From an uncultured Chloroflexia bacterium (GTDB taxonomy: Bacteria; Chloroflexota; Limnocylindria; Limnocylindrales; CSP1-4), in contig CAVVNQ010000018.1 in assembly GCA_963749705.1 (NCBI GenBank), positions 1-64,000 of the forward strand: a stretch of DNA of 64,000 nucleotides, read 5' to 3'. Shown one piece after another: positions 48,253-60,039 of this stretch (position 1 is the stretch's first letter; the number at the start of each line of letters is the position of its first letter). Position numbers and translations under genes: made by a program. Below the pieces are notes generated by a model. That model saw only the letters and a program-made list of their open reading frames with translations, did no database searches and was not told the origin of the DNA.

Positions 48253-48527
48253 CGACGATCACGTGGCGGCGCCAGCCTGCGCCGGTGTCACGGGCGGCTG
48301 TGCCTCCCGACCGGCGAGCATCGGCCCGCGACGGGGCGGAATGCCGGGATCGGACGCGGGTCGGGAGCGGCGATCGGTCGCATCGAAATGACGGGCACCT
48401 GGCGATTGGAGGACGGGTCGAGGCTAGGCTGCGGGGCGTGATCCACCAACCAACCAAACGTCCCATATCAGACCCGCCGTCCCTCCCGGCCGCCGCGTGC
48501 CGGACCGTGCGGACGGCGCTCGCGTCG

Positions 48528-48557
48528 TTGACACCCGGAACGGCCGACCGGTAGACT
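48528..48557 (+). promoter_or_regulatory. Sigma70 promoter of hrcA operon
   Basis: TTGACA-N18-TAGACT directly before CIRCE. Confidence 0.75.
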
Positions 48558-48567
48558 GTCCCCATCG

Positions 48568-48594
48568 TTAGCACTCTCAAGGTGCGAGTGCCAA
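48568..48594 (+). promoter_or_regulatory. CIRCE element (HrcA operator)
   Basis: TTAGCACTC-N9-GAGTGCCAA, one mismatch to consensus TTAGCACTC-N9-GAGTGCTAA. Confidence 0.95.
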
Positions 48595-48613
48595 CCAATT
48601 CCGGAGAGGCTAG

Positions 48614-49675
48614 ATGGCGCGTCGCGTGCGCTCCAGCGGCCCCCTTGACCTTCGCTCCCAGGCGATCCTTCGGGCCGTCATCGAGGAATACGTCACCACC
48701 GCTGCGCCGGTCGGCAGCCACGCTCTGGTCGAGCGCTTCCATCTGGGCGTGTCCAGCGCCACCGTCCGCAGCATCCTCGCCGAGCTCGAAGCGGCCGGCC
48801 TGCTGACCCATCCCCACACGTCGGCGGGTCGGGTCCCCACCGAGCAGGGCTACCGCTACTACGTCGAATCCATCGTGGACAACGTGCCCCTGCCGCCGGT
48901 CGAGCAGCTCATGATCCGGCACCAGTTCGGGCAGGTGGAGTTTGCGAGCGAGCACTGGTTCCGGCTGGCCGCGACCACGCTGGCATCGGTGACCCGCGCG
49001 GCGGGGCTCGCGACGCCCGCCAAGCCACGGTCCGCGCACCTTCGTCGGCTGGACCTGGTCTCGATCAGCGACCGGTTGGCGAGCCTGATCCTCGTGCTCC
49101 GCGAGGGCTCCCTCAAGCAGGTGCTCGTATCGCTCGACGAGGCGGTCGACCAGGAGGCGCTGTCCGCGGTCGCGAACCGCCTCAACGAGCTGCTGGACGA
49201 CCACACGGGCGCCGAGGCGGCGCGTGCCCTGGAGTCGCTCGACCCGGCCGATCCGGGGCTCGACCTTCACCGCCGCGTCGGCGAGCGCGTCGTGCGGGCG
49301 CTCGACGAGTTCGACGGCTCGGCGATCGAGGAGCTGTTCTCGGACGGGCTGCTCAACGTGATGGCCGCGCCCGAGTTTGCCCAGAGCGAGCGATTGCGCC
49401 GGGTGTTCGCGGCGCTCGAGAACCGGATGTACCTGGCCGAGCTCATCGACGATGTCGCCGGTGCGGGACGCGTGTGCGTGTTCATCGGCCACGAGAACTC
49501 GGCCGAGGACATGGCGGACGTCTCGCTGGTGCTTGCCCCGTACGGGCAGCCCGGACGTGCCGTCGGCGTCGTCGGGGTGCTGGGGCCGACCCGGATGGCG
49601 TATCCGCAGGCCATCGGCACCGTCCGCTTCATCTCCGGGCTCATGAACGAGCTCATCGACCACCTCTACGCCTGA
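48614..49675 (+). CDS. hrcA: Heat-inducible transcription repressor HrcA
   Basis: PVGS...VSSATVR...PHTSAGRVPTEQGYRYYV; GVLGPTRMAY. Confidence 0.96.
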   Translation: MARRVRSSGPLDLRSQAILRAVIEEYVTTAAPVGSHALVERFHLGVSSATVRSILAELEAAGLLTHPHTSAGRVPTEQGYRYYVESIVDNVPLPPVEQLMIRHQFGQVEFASEHWFRLAATTLASVTRAAGLATPAKPRSAHLRRLDLVSISDRLASLILVLREGSLKQVLVSLDEAVDQEALSAVANRLNELLDDHTGAEAARALESLDPADPGLDLHRRVGERVVRALDEFDGSAIEELFSDGLLNVMAAPEFAQSERLRRVFAALENRMYLAELIDDVAGAGRVCVFIGHENSAEDMADVSLVLAPYGQPGRAVGVVGVLGPTRMAYPQAIGTVRFISGLMNELIDHLYA

Positions 49676-49701
49676 CCGCGTCAACGACCCACTGGAGATC
49701 C

Positions 49702-50328
49702 ATGACCCGCAAGACCCGCGCCGAAGAGCGAATCGAGGCGCTCGACGTCTCACCCAGCGCCCTGAGCGCCAGGCTCGAGGCCATGACCGCCGAGCGCGAC
49801 GACGCGCTGGCGAAGGTCGACGAGTACCTCGGCCTGCTCCAGCGAGAGCGAGCCGAGTTCACCAACTTCCGCCGCCGCACGAGCGAGGAGCGGCAGCGGG
49901 AGCTGGGGCTCGCCGGAGAGGACCTGATCCGCAAGGTGCTCGCCCTCGCGGACGACTTCGACCGCGCGATCGAGACGCGCCCCGCCGAGCACGAGGGCGA
50001 CGCGTGGGTCGAGGGGATTGCCGCGATCGACCGCAAGCTGCGGGCCCTGCTGGAGAGCGAAGGCGTGACGGCCGTCGACTCGGCACCCGGTACGCCGTTT
50101 GACCCGCGCGAGCACGAGGCCATCGTGAGCGTCCCCGGCACCGGCCGCCGCGAGGGCGAGATCGTGGAGGAGATCCGCCGGGGCTACCGGCTCCGCGAAC
50201 GTCTCGTGAGACCCGCGCTGGTCGCGGTCGCCGCCGGCGGCGATGCCGGCAACGGCCCCGGCGTCGGCAACGGCCCCGGCTCCGCCGACGCCCCCGGCCC
50301 CGGTCCGGGCGCCGGCCCCGTCAACTGA
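49702..50328 (+). CDS. grpE: Nucleotide exchange factor GrpE
   Basis: RAEFTNFRRR, FDPREHEA, GYRLRERLVRPALVAV. Confidence 0.95.
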   Translation: MTRKTRAEERIEALDVSPSALSARLEAMTAERDDALAKVDEYLGLLQRERAEFTNFRRRTSEERQRELGLAGEDLIRKVLALADDFDRAIETRPAEHEGDAWVEGIAAIDRKLRALLESEGVTAVDSAPGTPFDPREHEAIVSVPGTGRREGEIVEEIRRGYRLRERLVRPALVAVAAGGDAGNGPGVGNGPGSADAPGPGPGAGPVN

Positions 50329-50381
50329 TCATCAACCCGTAGTCCACGACTTCCCCTTCGACCATCCAGGAGACATCCCAC

Positions 50382-52328
<1,947 letters not shown>

Positions 52329-52352
52329 CCCAGGCCTCGTCACTGCGGAACG

Positions 52353-52386
52353 CGGCTCGCCGACGCGCGTCGGCGAGCCGTTTCTC
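52353..52386 (+). terminator. Intrinsic terminator after dnaK
   Basis: Perfect 28-nt palindrome CGGCTCGCCGACGCGCGTCGGCGAGCCG followed by TTTCTC. Confidence 0.75.
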
Positions 52387-52559
52387 GTGGCGCCGCTGCC
52401 GTGCGCGCCGTTTCTCGTGCGCCGCAGCTCGGCGCGCGACAGCTCGGCGCGCGAGGCCGCGAGGCCGCCCCGATTTCTGTCATTCAGTACTCACGCGCCT
52501 GTTCGGCGCCGCCGCTGGACGCGGTAGGCCCTGAGCGGGGTCAACCAGCCACGACGCGG

Positions 52560-53279
52560 CTAGATGTCCCCGATTCGGTGTCGCGAGCGGCTCGTACGGT
52601 GCCTTGCAGCCGAGTGGGTACTCGGTGACACAAACAGGATGCCGGCCACGGCGCGATCCGGCGCGGCGCACCAACGCCGCATCTCGACGGTTCGGCCGGG
52701 AAGCGCCGCAGAGAAGGTATCGGCGTGCCGTTCGATGCGCCTGCGCGAGGTCTTGTCGCCCGGCACGACCAGCCAGCGCGAGATCGAATGAGCGGGCCAG
52801 CCTCGCTCGCGCGCCACGCTTTTTGCCAGCCGGGTCTTGCGATCGATCCCTGCCAGCGTTGCCTGTACGTCGGGGACGGTGCTCTTGACCTCGACCACGA
52901 GCAACGCACCGGTCTGCCGGTGCGTGGCGAGAATGTCGATCGACCCTCGTTCGCCATAGACGTTGAAGGTCACCTCGGGTGCGACCTCCCAGCCACGGCG
53001 GCGAAGGATGCGCGAGACGCGCTCGACGATCTCCGCGTGGCCTGCGTCCAGTAGACGATCGACGTCCTCTCCGTGACTCATCACCCGAACGCTGACCCTC
53101 GCCCCGAGCGCCGCCAGCACCAGGGCCAGCGTCCGCACCGTCAGGCGGTCACCACGACCGCGCTCGATCCGCGAGATTGCCGTCTGCGAGATGCCCGCCG
53201 CTTCGGCCAGCCGTGCCTGGGTCCAGCCGCGCCGCCGACGCAGGGCGCGAAGCGACAGGCCGAAGCGCACCGGATCCAT
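52560..53279 (-). CDS. XRE-family HTH fused to PD-(D/E)xK restriction-endonuclease-like domain
   Basis: LRALRRRRGWTQARLAEAAGISQTAISRIERG; EV...GSIDIL...VVEVKS. Start 53279 or 53285. Confidence 0.8.
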   Translation of the reverse strand: MDPVRFGLSLRALRRRRGWTQARLAEAAGISQTAISRIERGRGDRLTVRTLALVLAALGARVSVRVMSHGEDVDRLLDAGHAEIVERVSRILRRRGWEVAPEVTFNVYGERGSIDILATHRQTGALLVVEVKSTVPDVQATLAGIDRKTRLAKSVARERGWPAHSISRWLVVPGDKTSRRRIERHADTFSAALPGRTVEMRRWCAAPDRAVAGILFVSPSTHSAARHRTSRSRHRIGDI

Positions 53280-53383
53280 CCGCATACGATCGCGAGCGCC
53301 GCTCACCGCCGGCTCACTCCGATCCGGATGACCCGGGTCTCGGTCGACATCGCGGAGTCCCGGCCCGCGACGCAACGTGCGCG

Positions 53384-53413
53384 TTGACAGTACCAAGTTT
53401 TTGTCGCTACGAT
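53384..53413 (+). promoter_or_regulatory. Sigma70 promoter of tetR-men operon
   Basis: TTGACA-N18-TACGAT. Confidence 0.75.
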
Positions 53414-53423
53414 GGGACCGCAA

Positions 53424-53443
53424 CCGACCGACCGGTCGGTCGG
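53424..53443. promoter_or_regulatory. Perfect 20-bp palindrome, probable TetR operator
   Basis: CCGACCGACCGGTCGGTCGG, 10 nt downstream of the -10 and before the tetR start. Confidence 0.75.
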
Positions 53444-53474
53444 CCCAGATCGATGCAGCGGACATGTGGATCGG

Positions 53475-54137
53475 ATGACCAGGACGGATCCAACCGAGCA
53501 GAGCCGCAGCCGGCGGGAGCGGATCCTCGACGCAGCGTTCCACGCGTTCTCGACGCGCGGCTACCGAGACACCGCGATGGACGAGATCGCCGGCGCCTCG
53601 GAGACGTCGAAGGGCGGGGTGTACTTCCACTTCCCGACCAAGGAGGCGATCTTCCGCGAGCTGATGCAGACGACCGCCGACAAGCTGGTGGCGCGCGTCG
53701 AGCGGGCGGTCGAGCTCGAGACGGAGCCGGTTGCGCGAGCGGAGGCCGCACTGCGCGCGGTGCTCACCACGTTCTCCGGGCACCGAACGATGGCGCGGCT
53801 GCTGTTCCTCGACACGATCGGGGCCGGACGCGTGTTCCAGTCCGAGACGAACGCGCTGCACGACCGGTTCAGCCGCCTGATCCAGGGGTACCTCGATGAC
53901 GCGGTCGCGGCGGGCGCGATCCCGCCGATCGACACCCGCGTAACGAGCATCGCATGGTTCGGCGCGCTCAACGAGCTGGTCGCCCGGTGGCTCCTCGCGG
54001 ACCAGCCAAGCCCGCTCGAGGATGCGTACCCCGCGCTGCGGGCGGTCCTGCTGCGCAGCGTCGGTGTATCCGAGGAGCGGATCGGCCCGGCGCCGATGCC
54101 GACGGCAGGCCGCGAGTTCCCGGAGAAGGGTCGATGA
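53475..54137 (+). CDS. TetR/AcrR family transcriptional regulator
   Basis: RERILDAAFHAFSTRGY...DEIAGASETSKGGVYFHFPTKEAIF. Confidence 0.93.
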   Translation: MTRTDPTEQSRSRRERILDAAFHAFSTRGYRDTAMDEIAGASETSKGGVYFHFPTKEAIFRELMQTTADKLVARVERAVELETEPVARAEAALRAVLTTFSGHRTMARLLFLDTIGAGRVFQSETNALHDRFSRLIQGYLDDAVAAGAIPPIDTRVTSIAWFGALNELVARWLLADQPSPLEDAYPALRAVLLRSVGVSEERIGPAPMPTAGREFPEKGR

Positions 54138-55654
54138 CGACGCTGCGTCCCGACGCGCCCGCGTCGCCGCCCGATGCGCCCGTGACGCCGGACGGGGCCG
54201 GCATCGGCGAGGGGCTGGCCGCGCTGCTTGATCGCGGTACCGGGTCGGCGGCCACGACACCGACGCTGACCGCAGCCACCGTCCCGGTCGCGGCGCTGGA
54301 TCCGATCGCGCTGTTCGCGGCCGCCGTCGAGGCGGATCTTGAGGCCGCCCTGTGGCTGCGCCCCGCCGAGCGAACGGCGCTGGTCGGGATCGGGCGGGCC
54401 TGGGCGGTCGAGGCCGAGGGCCCGGGCCGCTTCGTCGAGGCCGAGGCCGCCTGGCGCGCGCTCGTCGCTGGCGCCCGGATCGAACGAGGCGGCGACGCAT
54501 CGGGTGGCGGACCGCGCGGCGCGCCCGGTACTGCCCCCGGTGGCGCCCCCCTGCTGCTCGGGGGCCTCGGCTTCTCCGGCCGGCGCCCCGACGCGGCAGA
54601 CGCGTGGGGCCCGTTCGGGCCGTCATCGATGGTCCTCCCGTCGCTCCTGCTCGCGGCCGGACCCGATGGCAGCCAGGTGACGGCATCGGTGGTCGCCGCC
54701 GGCGCCGGCCCGGCCGATGCCCGGGCGCTCGAGCGCCAGTGGGAGCGTCTCGTGGATCGGGCACGGGACCTCGACCCCGGCCGGAACGGGATGATCGCCC
54801 GCCCCGTCTTTGCGCCGCTCGCGATCGACGGCGAGCAGCCGTCGCACGAGGCGTGGCGCCGCCTGGTCGGATCGTTTGCCGGCGCGGTCGGCCGCGGTCG
54901 CCTGGACAAGGTCGTCCTCGCGCGCCGCGTCGACCTTCGATCGCCGGTCGAGCTCGACGTCGCCAACGCGCTGCGCCGCCTCGCCGCCAGCGCGCCCGAG
55001 AGCACGACCTACGCGTTTCGTCGCGATGGCCGGACGTTCATCGGCGCGACACCGGAGCGGCTCGTGCAATCCGAGGGCCGCCGCTTCCGGACCGTGGCCG
55101 TTGCGGGCACGATCCGCCGCGGGGCGGACGCCGCCGAGGATGCTGCCCTCGCGGCCGAGCTGCTCGCGTCAGAGAAGAACCGCGAGGAGCAGGCGATCGT
55201 GGTCGCGACGATCCGCGAGCAGCTGGCACCGATCTCGGACACGCTCGAGGTCGCCGCGCGCCCATCGATCATGACCCTGCGGTTCGTCCAGCACCTGGTG
55301 ACCGAGATCACGGGCACGCTGCCCGAGGCGCACGGGCTGCTGTCCCTGGCCGGGCTGCTGCATCCGACGCCGGCCGTCGGCGGCGCGCCACGCGAGCTCG
55401 CCCTGGCCCTCCTTGACGAGCACGAGGGGTTCGATCGCGGCTGGTACGCGGGCCCGGTGGGCTGGCTCGGCGCGGATGGGGACGGCGAGCTGTGCGTCGC
55501 CCTCCGGTGCGGGATCGTGGACCGGACCCGGGCGACGCTGTTCGCGGGATGCGGCATCGTCGCGGACTCCGACCCGGACCAGGAGTGGGAGGAGTCCCGG
55601 ATCAAGCTGCGGGCGGTCGTCTCGGCGCTGGGGATCCCCGGGGAGTCGCTGTGA
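54134..55654 (+). CDS. menF: Isochorismate synthase
   Basis: DKVVLAR, GATPERL, AVAGT, LHPTPAVGG, RGWYAGPVGW, FAGCGIVADS. Confidence 0.93.
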   Translation: MTTLRPDAPASPPDAPVTPDGAGIGEGLAALLDRGTGSAATTPTLTAATVPVAALDPIALFAAAVEADLEAALWLRPAERTALVGIGRAWAVEAEGPGRFVEAEAAWRALVAGARIERGGDASGGGPRGAPGTAPGGAPLLLGGLGFSGRRPDAADAWGPFGPSSMVLPSLLLAAGPDGSQVTASVVAAGAGPADARALERQWERLVDRARDLDPGRNGMIARPVFAPLAIDGEQPSHEAWRRLVGSFAGAVGRGRLDKVVLARRVDLRSPVELDVANALRRLAASAPESTTYAFRRDGRTFIGATPERLVQSEGRRFRTVAVAGTIRRGADAAEDAALAAELLASEKNREEQAIVVATIREQLAPISDTLEVAARPSIMTLRFVQHLVTEITGTLPEAHGLLSLAGLLHPTPAVGGAPRELALALLDEHEGFDRGWYAGPVGWLGADGDGELCVALRCGIVDRTRATLFAGCGIVADSDPDQEWEESRIKLRAVVSALGIPGESL

Positions 55655-57420
55655 GCAACGCCGCCCTGCTGCGGGCGTTCGCGGCCGAGCTGGTCGCGGC
55701 AGGGGTCCGCGACGCCGTGATCTGCCCCGGCTCGCGATCGACGCCGCTGGCGCTTGCGCTGCGGTCGACGGCCGGGCTGCGCGTCCGCGTCCTGCTCGAC
55801 GAGCGAGCCGCCGGCTTCTTCGCGCTCGGGATGGCGCGGACATCGCGGCGACCGGTCGTGCTGCTGGCCACCTCGGGCACGGCGACGGTCGAGTTCTCGC
55901 CGGCGGTCGTCGAGGCCCGGCTGTCACGCGTGCCGCTGGTCGTCCTCACCGCGGACCGGCCGGCGGAGCTCCGCGACCGGGGCGCGCCGCAGACGATCGA
56001 CCAGGACCACCTCTACGGCCGCGCCGCCAAGTGGTACGCGGAGCTGCCGCTGCTCGATGACGATCCCGCGACCGCTGCCCACGTGCGGTCCGTTGCGGGC
56101 CGCACGGTCGCCACGGCCGCCGCGGGACCGGCGGGTCCGGTCCAGGTCAACGTCCCGTTCCGCGAGCCGCTGCTGCCCGACGGACCGCTCACGGGCGACC
56201 GGTCGAGGGCGCCGGCCGTTGCGTTCACGTCGGCGGTGACCGGGAGGCGCACGCTGGACGGCGAAGCCGTCGACCGCCTGGCCGGGCGGATCGGCGTCGC
56301 GGGTCGCGGCCTCATCCTGGCCGGCCCGGACGACGACCCTGACCTGCCCGCCGCGCTGGCGGCACTCGCCGATGCGACGGGGTTTCCGATCCTCGCCGAC
56401 CCGCTGTCCGGTGTCCGCGCCGGCCCGCACGACCGGATGATGGTGATCGCCCGCGGCGACCAGCTGTGCCGGCCGGGTCCCTGGATCGATGCCCACGTGC
56501 CGGACATCGTCATCCGTACCGGGGCCATGCCGACCTCCAAGCCCATCGTCCAGCTCCTCGAGCGCGCGCGACCGGACCTGATCGTGCTCGACGGGGATGA
56601 GGGCTGGCGCGAATCCGCGCTGTTGCCGGCGACGTTCGTGCATGCGGACCCGGCGACCACGGCCAGGGTCCTGACCGCGCAATTCGGTGGCGGGTGGGCC
56701 GGCAATTCCGTGTGGGGCTCCGACTGGCGGACCGCCGACGACGCCGCGAGCGAGGCCATGGAGGCGTGGCTGGCCGCGCTCGACGAGCCGTTCGAGGGGG
56801 CTCCGTTCCCCGCGCTCGCGGCCGCGCTCGCTGACGGCGGCGTCCTGTGGGCCGGCAACTCCATGCCCGTGCGCGACCTCGACGGCTGGCTGCCGTCGAC
56901 CGACCGGGCGATCACCGTCCGCTCGAACCGTGGCGCCAACGGGATCGACGGTGTGGTGTCCGCGGCGCTCGGGTCTGCGGCGGCCGCGGCCGATGCCGGT
57001 GGTGGACCGGTCGCCCTGGTGGTCGGCGACCTGTCGTTCCTCCACGACCTCAACGCGCTGGTCGCGGCGCGGCTCCACGGGCTGTCGGCGACGATCGTGC
57101 TGATCGACAACGACGGCGGCGGGATCTTCTCGTTCCTCCCCCAGGCGTCGGCGAACCTGCCCGAGGCGGGCCTCCCCGAGCACTACGAGGAGCTGTTCGG
57201 GACGCCGCACGGCATCGACGTCGGCCCGATCGTGACCGCGCTCGGCGGCGAGCATCGTCGCGTGGATGCCGCGACGCTTGGCCCGGAGATCGCGGCATCC
57301 GTCGGCCGGCCGGGTGTCCGGGTCCTGGAGCTGCGCACGGACCGGGCGCGCAACGTCGAGCTCCATGCACAGGTCGCCACCCTCGTGGCGTCGGCGCTGG
57401 CGACGCTGGTGGGCGGATGA
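55651..57420 (+). CDS. menD: SEPHCHC synthase
   Basis: CPGSRSTPLA, DERAAGFFALG, TSGTA, TADRP, GNSMPVRD, NRGANGIDG, GDLSFLHD, NDGGGIF. Confidence 0.96.
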   Translation: MSNAALLRAFAAELVAAGVRDAVICPGSRSTPLALALRSTAGLRVRVLLDERAAGFFALGMARTSRRPVVLLATSGTATVEFSPAVVEARLSRVPLVVLTADRPAELRDRGAPQTIDQDHLYGRAAKWYAELPLLDDDPATAAHVRSVAGRTVATAAAGPAGPVQVNVPFREPLLPDGPLTGDRSRAPAVAFTSAVTGRRTLDGEAVDRLAGRIGVAGRGLILAGPDDDPDLPAALAALADATGFPILADPLSGVRAGPHDRMMVIARGDQLCRPGPWIDAHVPDIVIRTGAMPTSKPIVQLLERARPDLIVLDGDEGWRESALLPATFVHADPATTARVLTAQFGGGWAGNSVWGSDWRTADDAASEAMEAWLAALDEPFEGAPFPALAAALADGGVLWAGNSMPVRDLDGWLPSTDRAITVRSNRGANGIDGVVSAALGSAAAAADAGGGPVALVVGDLSFLHDLNALVAARLHGLSATIVLIDNDGGGIFSFLPQASANLPEAGLPEHYEELFGTPHGIDVGPIVTALGGEHRRVDAATLGPEIAASVGRPGVRVLELRTDRARNVELHAQVATLVASALATLVGG

Positions 57421-58235
57421 CCGCGATCGTCGTTGACGGGCTGCGCTGGGAGGCGCGGACGCGGGGCGCCGGGGCGCCGCTGCTCCTGCTCCACGGGTTC
57501 ACCGGCCGTGGGACGTCCTGGGGCGCCCATGCGACCGCATTTGCGCGGCAGTTCCGGGTGATCGTCGTGGATCTGCCCGGCCACGGCCGGTCCGGCATCG
57601 CGGAACCGGCCCGGCTGGCCATCGAACGCATGGCGGACGACCTCGCGTCGCTGCTCCGCCGACTCGAGGCCGCGCCGGCCCACGTCGTGGGCTACTCGAT
57701 GGGCGCCCGCCTGGCGCTCCGGCTCGCGGTCGCGCATCCCGCGGTCGTGGGCCGGCTCATCCTCGAGAGCCCGACCGCGGGGATCACGGACGCCGCGGAG
57801 CGGATCGCCCGCCGCGCCGCCGACGATGCCCTGGCGGACCGCCTCGAGCGGGAGGGGACCGCGGACTTCGTCACCGCCTGGGAACGCAGCCCGGTGTTCG
57901 CGTCCCATGCCGCGCTCGCGCCGGCGGTCGTCGCCCGGCAGCGGACGATCCGTCTCGCCAACGACCCGATCGGCCTCGCCGCCAGCCTTCGTGGCGCCGG
58001 CCAGGGGTCGATGGAGCCGCTGCTCGACCGGCTCGCGACCGTCCCGGCACCGACGCTCGTCATCGCCGGCTCGCTCGACGACCGCGGCCTGCCGCGCGCC
58101 GAGCAGGTCGCGCGGGCGATCCCAAAGGCCCGGCTCGCGGTCATCGAGGGCGCCGGCCACACGCCGCACCTCGAGCAACCGCGCCGCTTCCGTCGTCTCG
58201 TCCTCGAGTTCCTGAAGGAGGTTCCCGCCGCATGA
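57417..58235 (+). CDS. menH: SHCHC synthase
   Basis: LHGFTG, DLPGHG, GYSMGAR, GAGHTPH; position between menD and menB. Confidence 0.9.
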   Translation: MTAIVVDGLRWEARTRGAGAPLLLLHGFTGRGTSWGAHATAFARQFRVIVVDLPGHGRSGIAEPARLAIERMADDLASLLRRLEAAPAHVVGYSMGARLALRLAVAHPAVVGRLILESPTAGITDAAERIARRAADDALADRLEREGTADFVTAWERSPVFASHAALAPAVVARQRTIRLANDPIGLAASLRGAGQGSMEPLLDRLATVPAPTLVIAGSLDDRGLPRAEQVARAIPKARLAVIEGAGHTPHLEQPRRFRRLVLEFLKEVPAA

Positions 58236-59062
58236 CCACGCCCGTCACCTGGACGCCCGTCACCGAGTACCGCGACATCCGGTACGAGCACTCGGGCACC
58301 GGGATCGCCAAGGTGACCATCAACCGGCCCGAGGTCCACAACGCCTTCCGCCCGCAGACGGTCCAGGAGCTGATCGACGCGTTCGCGCGGATCCGCGACG
58401 ACGCATCCATCGGCTGCGTCCTGCTGACCGGCGAGGGCGACCGGGCGTTCTGCTCGGGCGGCGACCAGAAGTACAAGAGCCCGGCGGGTGGCTACGTCGG
58501 CGAGGACGGGATCGCGCGCCTCAACGTGCTCGATCTCCAGCGCCAGATCCGCTCGCTGCCCGTGCCCGTGATCGCGCTGGTCAACGGGTACGCGATCGGC
58601 GGCGGGCACGTCCTCCACGTCGTGTGCGACCTGTCGATCGCCGGCGACAACGCGATCTTCGGCCAGGTCGGGCCACGGGTGGGGAGCTTCGATGCCGGCT
58701 TCGGCGTCGGCCTGCTGGCCCGGCTGGTGGGCGACAAGAAGGCCAAGGAGATCTGGTTCCTGTGCCGCCAGTACTCGGCGGACGAGGCACTCGCCATGAA
58801 CCTCGTCAACACGGTGGTGCCGCTGGCCGACCTCGAGGCCGAGGGCGTCCGGTGGGCCGACGAGATCCTGGCGATGAGCCCGACGGCGATCCGGTTCCTC
58901 AAGTCGGCGTTCCTCGTCGCGACCGACGGGCTGGCCGGGCTCCAGGAGTTCGCGGGCAACGCCACCGGGCTGTACTACACGACCGACGAGGCGCACGAGG
59001 GCTCGCGCGCCTTCCTGGCCAAGCAGCCGGCCGACTACCGCAAGTACCCGCGGCGACCCTGA
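58232..59062 (+). CDS. menB: DHNA-CoA synthase
   Basis: [42 protein letters not shown]. Confidence 0.97.
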   Translation: MTTPVTWTPVTEYRDIRYEHSGTGIAKVTINRPEVHNAFRPQTVQELIDAFARIRDDASIGCVLLTGEGDRAFCSGGDQKYKSPAGGYVGEDGIARLNVLDLQRQIRSLPVPVIALVNGYAIGGGHVLHVVCDLSIAGDNAIFGQVGPRVGSFDAGFGVGLLARLVGDKKAKEIWFLCRQYSADEALAMNLVNTVVPLADLEAEGVRWADEILAMSPTAIRFLKSAFLVATDGLAGLQEFAGNATGLYYTTDEAHEGSRAFLAKQPADYRKYPRRP

Positions 59063-60039
59063 TGGACGCGTCGCCGGCAGCCACGGCCACGCGCCCGTCG
59101 ATGCTCCGGATCTGGATCCTCGCGGCGCGGCCGGCGACGCTGCCCGCCGCGCTGGCCGGGGTCGCCGTGGGCATCGGCGCCGCGCTGGCGGCAGGCGCCG
59201 CCTTCCGCCTCGACACCGCGCTGGGCTGCACCGCCGTCGGGCTGCTCCTCCAGGTGCTGGCCAACTTCGCCAACGACCTGTCCGACTTTCGCCGCGGCGC
59301 CGACACGCCGGACCGCACGGGTCCGGTCCGGGTCGCCGCGGCGGGCCTGGTCACCGAGCGCCAGCTCGAGGTCGCGATCGCGATCGTCATCGGCATCGCC
59401 GGGCTGGTGGGCCTGTGGCTCGCGGTCGTCGGTGGCCCGGTGCTGATCGGGCTGGGGGTGCTGGCGGTGATCGCCGCGCTTGCATACACGGGCGGGCCGT
59501 GGCCGTACGGGTATCGCGCCCTGGGCGAGGTGTTCGTGTTCGTGTTCTTCGGGCTCGTCTCGGTCATCGGCACCGCGTACCTCCAGGCACTTCGGCTTGA
59601 CCCGTTGTTCGTGGCCGCGGCCATCCCGCCGGGGGCGCTGATCACGGCGATCCTGGTCGTCAACAACCTGCGCGACATCCCGACCGACGCCGCGGCCGGC
59701 AAGCGGACGCTCGCGGTGGTCCTGGGCGCGGGCGCGACGAAGGTGGAGTACGCGGGCCTGCTCGCGATCGCCTACCTGGTCCCAGCCCTGCTGGTGGCGT
59801 TGTGGCTGGTCGGCGCCGGGCCGTCGGGGCGGTCCGTCCCGCTCGCCCCGTTCATGCTCCTGCCCCTGCTCACGCTGCCGATGGCCCGGCCCCTGCTGCG
59901 CGTGGTCCGCGGGTTCCGCGAGCCGCGCGAGCTCAACCTGGTGCTCAAGGGGACCGCGCGGCTGTCACTCGTGTTCTCGCTGCTGTTCGCGCTGGGGCTG
60001 GCGATCGCAGGGGCGATGGCCGGGGGAACGGCGGGTTGA
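59062..60039 (+). CDS. menA: DHNA prenyltransferase
   Basis: ARPATLPA, NFANDLSDFRRGAD, YTGGPWPYGY, VVNNLRDIPTDAAAGKRTL. Confidence 0.94.
   Translation: MDASPAATATRPSMLRIWILAARPATLPAALAGVAVGIGAALAAGAAFRLDTALGCTAVGLLLQVLANFANDLSDFRRGADTPDRTGPVRVAAAGLVTERQLEVAIAIVIGIAGLVGLWLAVVGGPVLIGLGVLAVIAALAYTGGPWPYGYRALGEVFVFVFFGLVSVIGTAYLQALRLDPLFVAAAIPPGALITAILVVNNLRDIPTDAAAGKRTLAVVLGAGATKVEYAGLLAIAYLVPALLVALWLVGAGPSGRSVPLAPFMLLPLLTLPMARPLLRVVRGFREPRELNLVLKGTARLSLVFSLLFALGLAIAGAMAGGTAG

Noticed and set aside
52560-54764. 734-aa minus-strand ORF
   Set aside because: Only the last ~240 aa (HTH-nuclease) look coding; the rest is antisense to tetR and menF.
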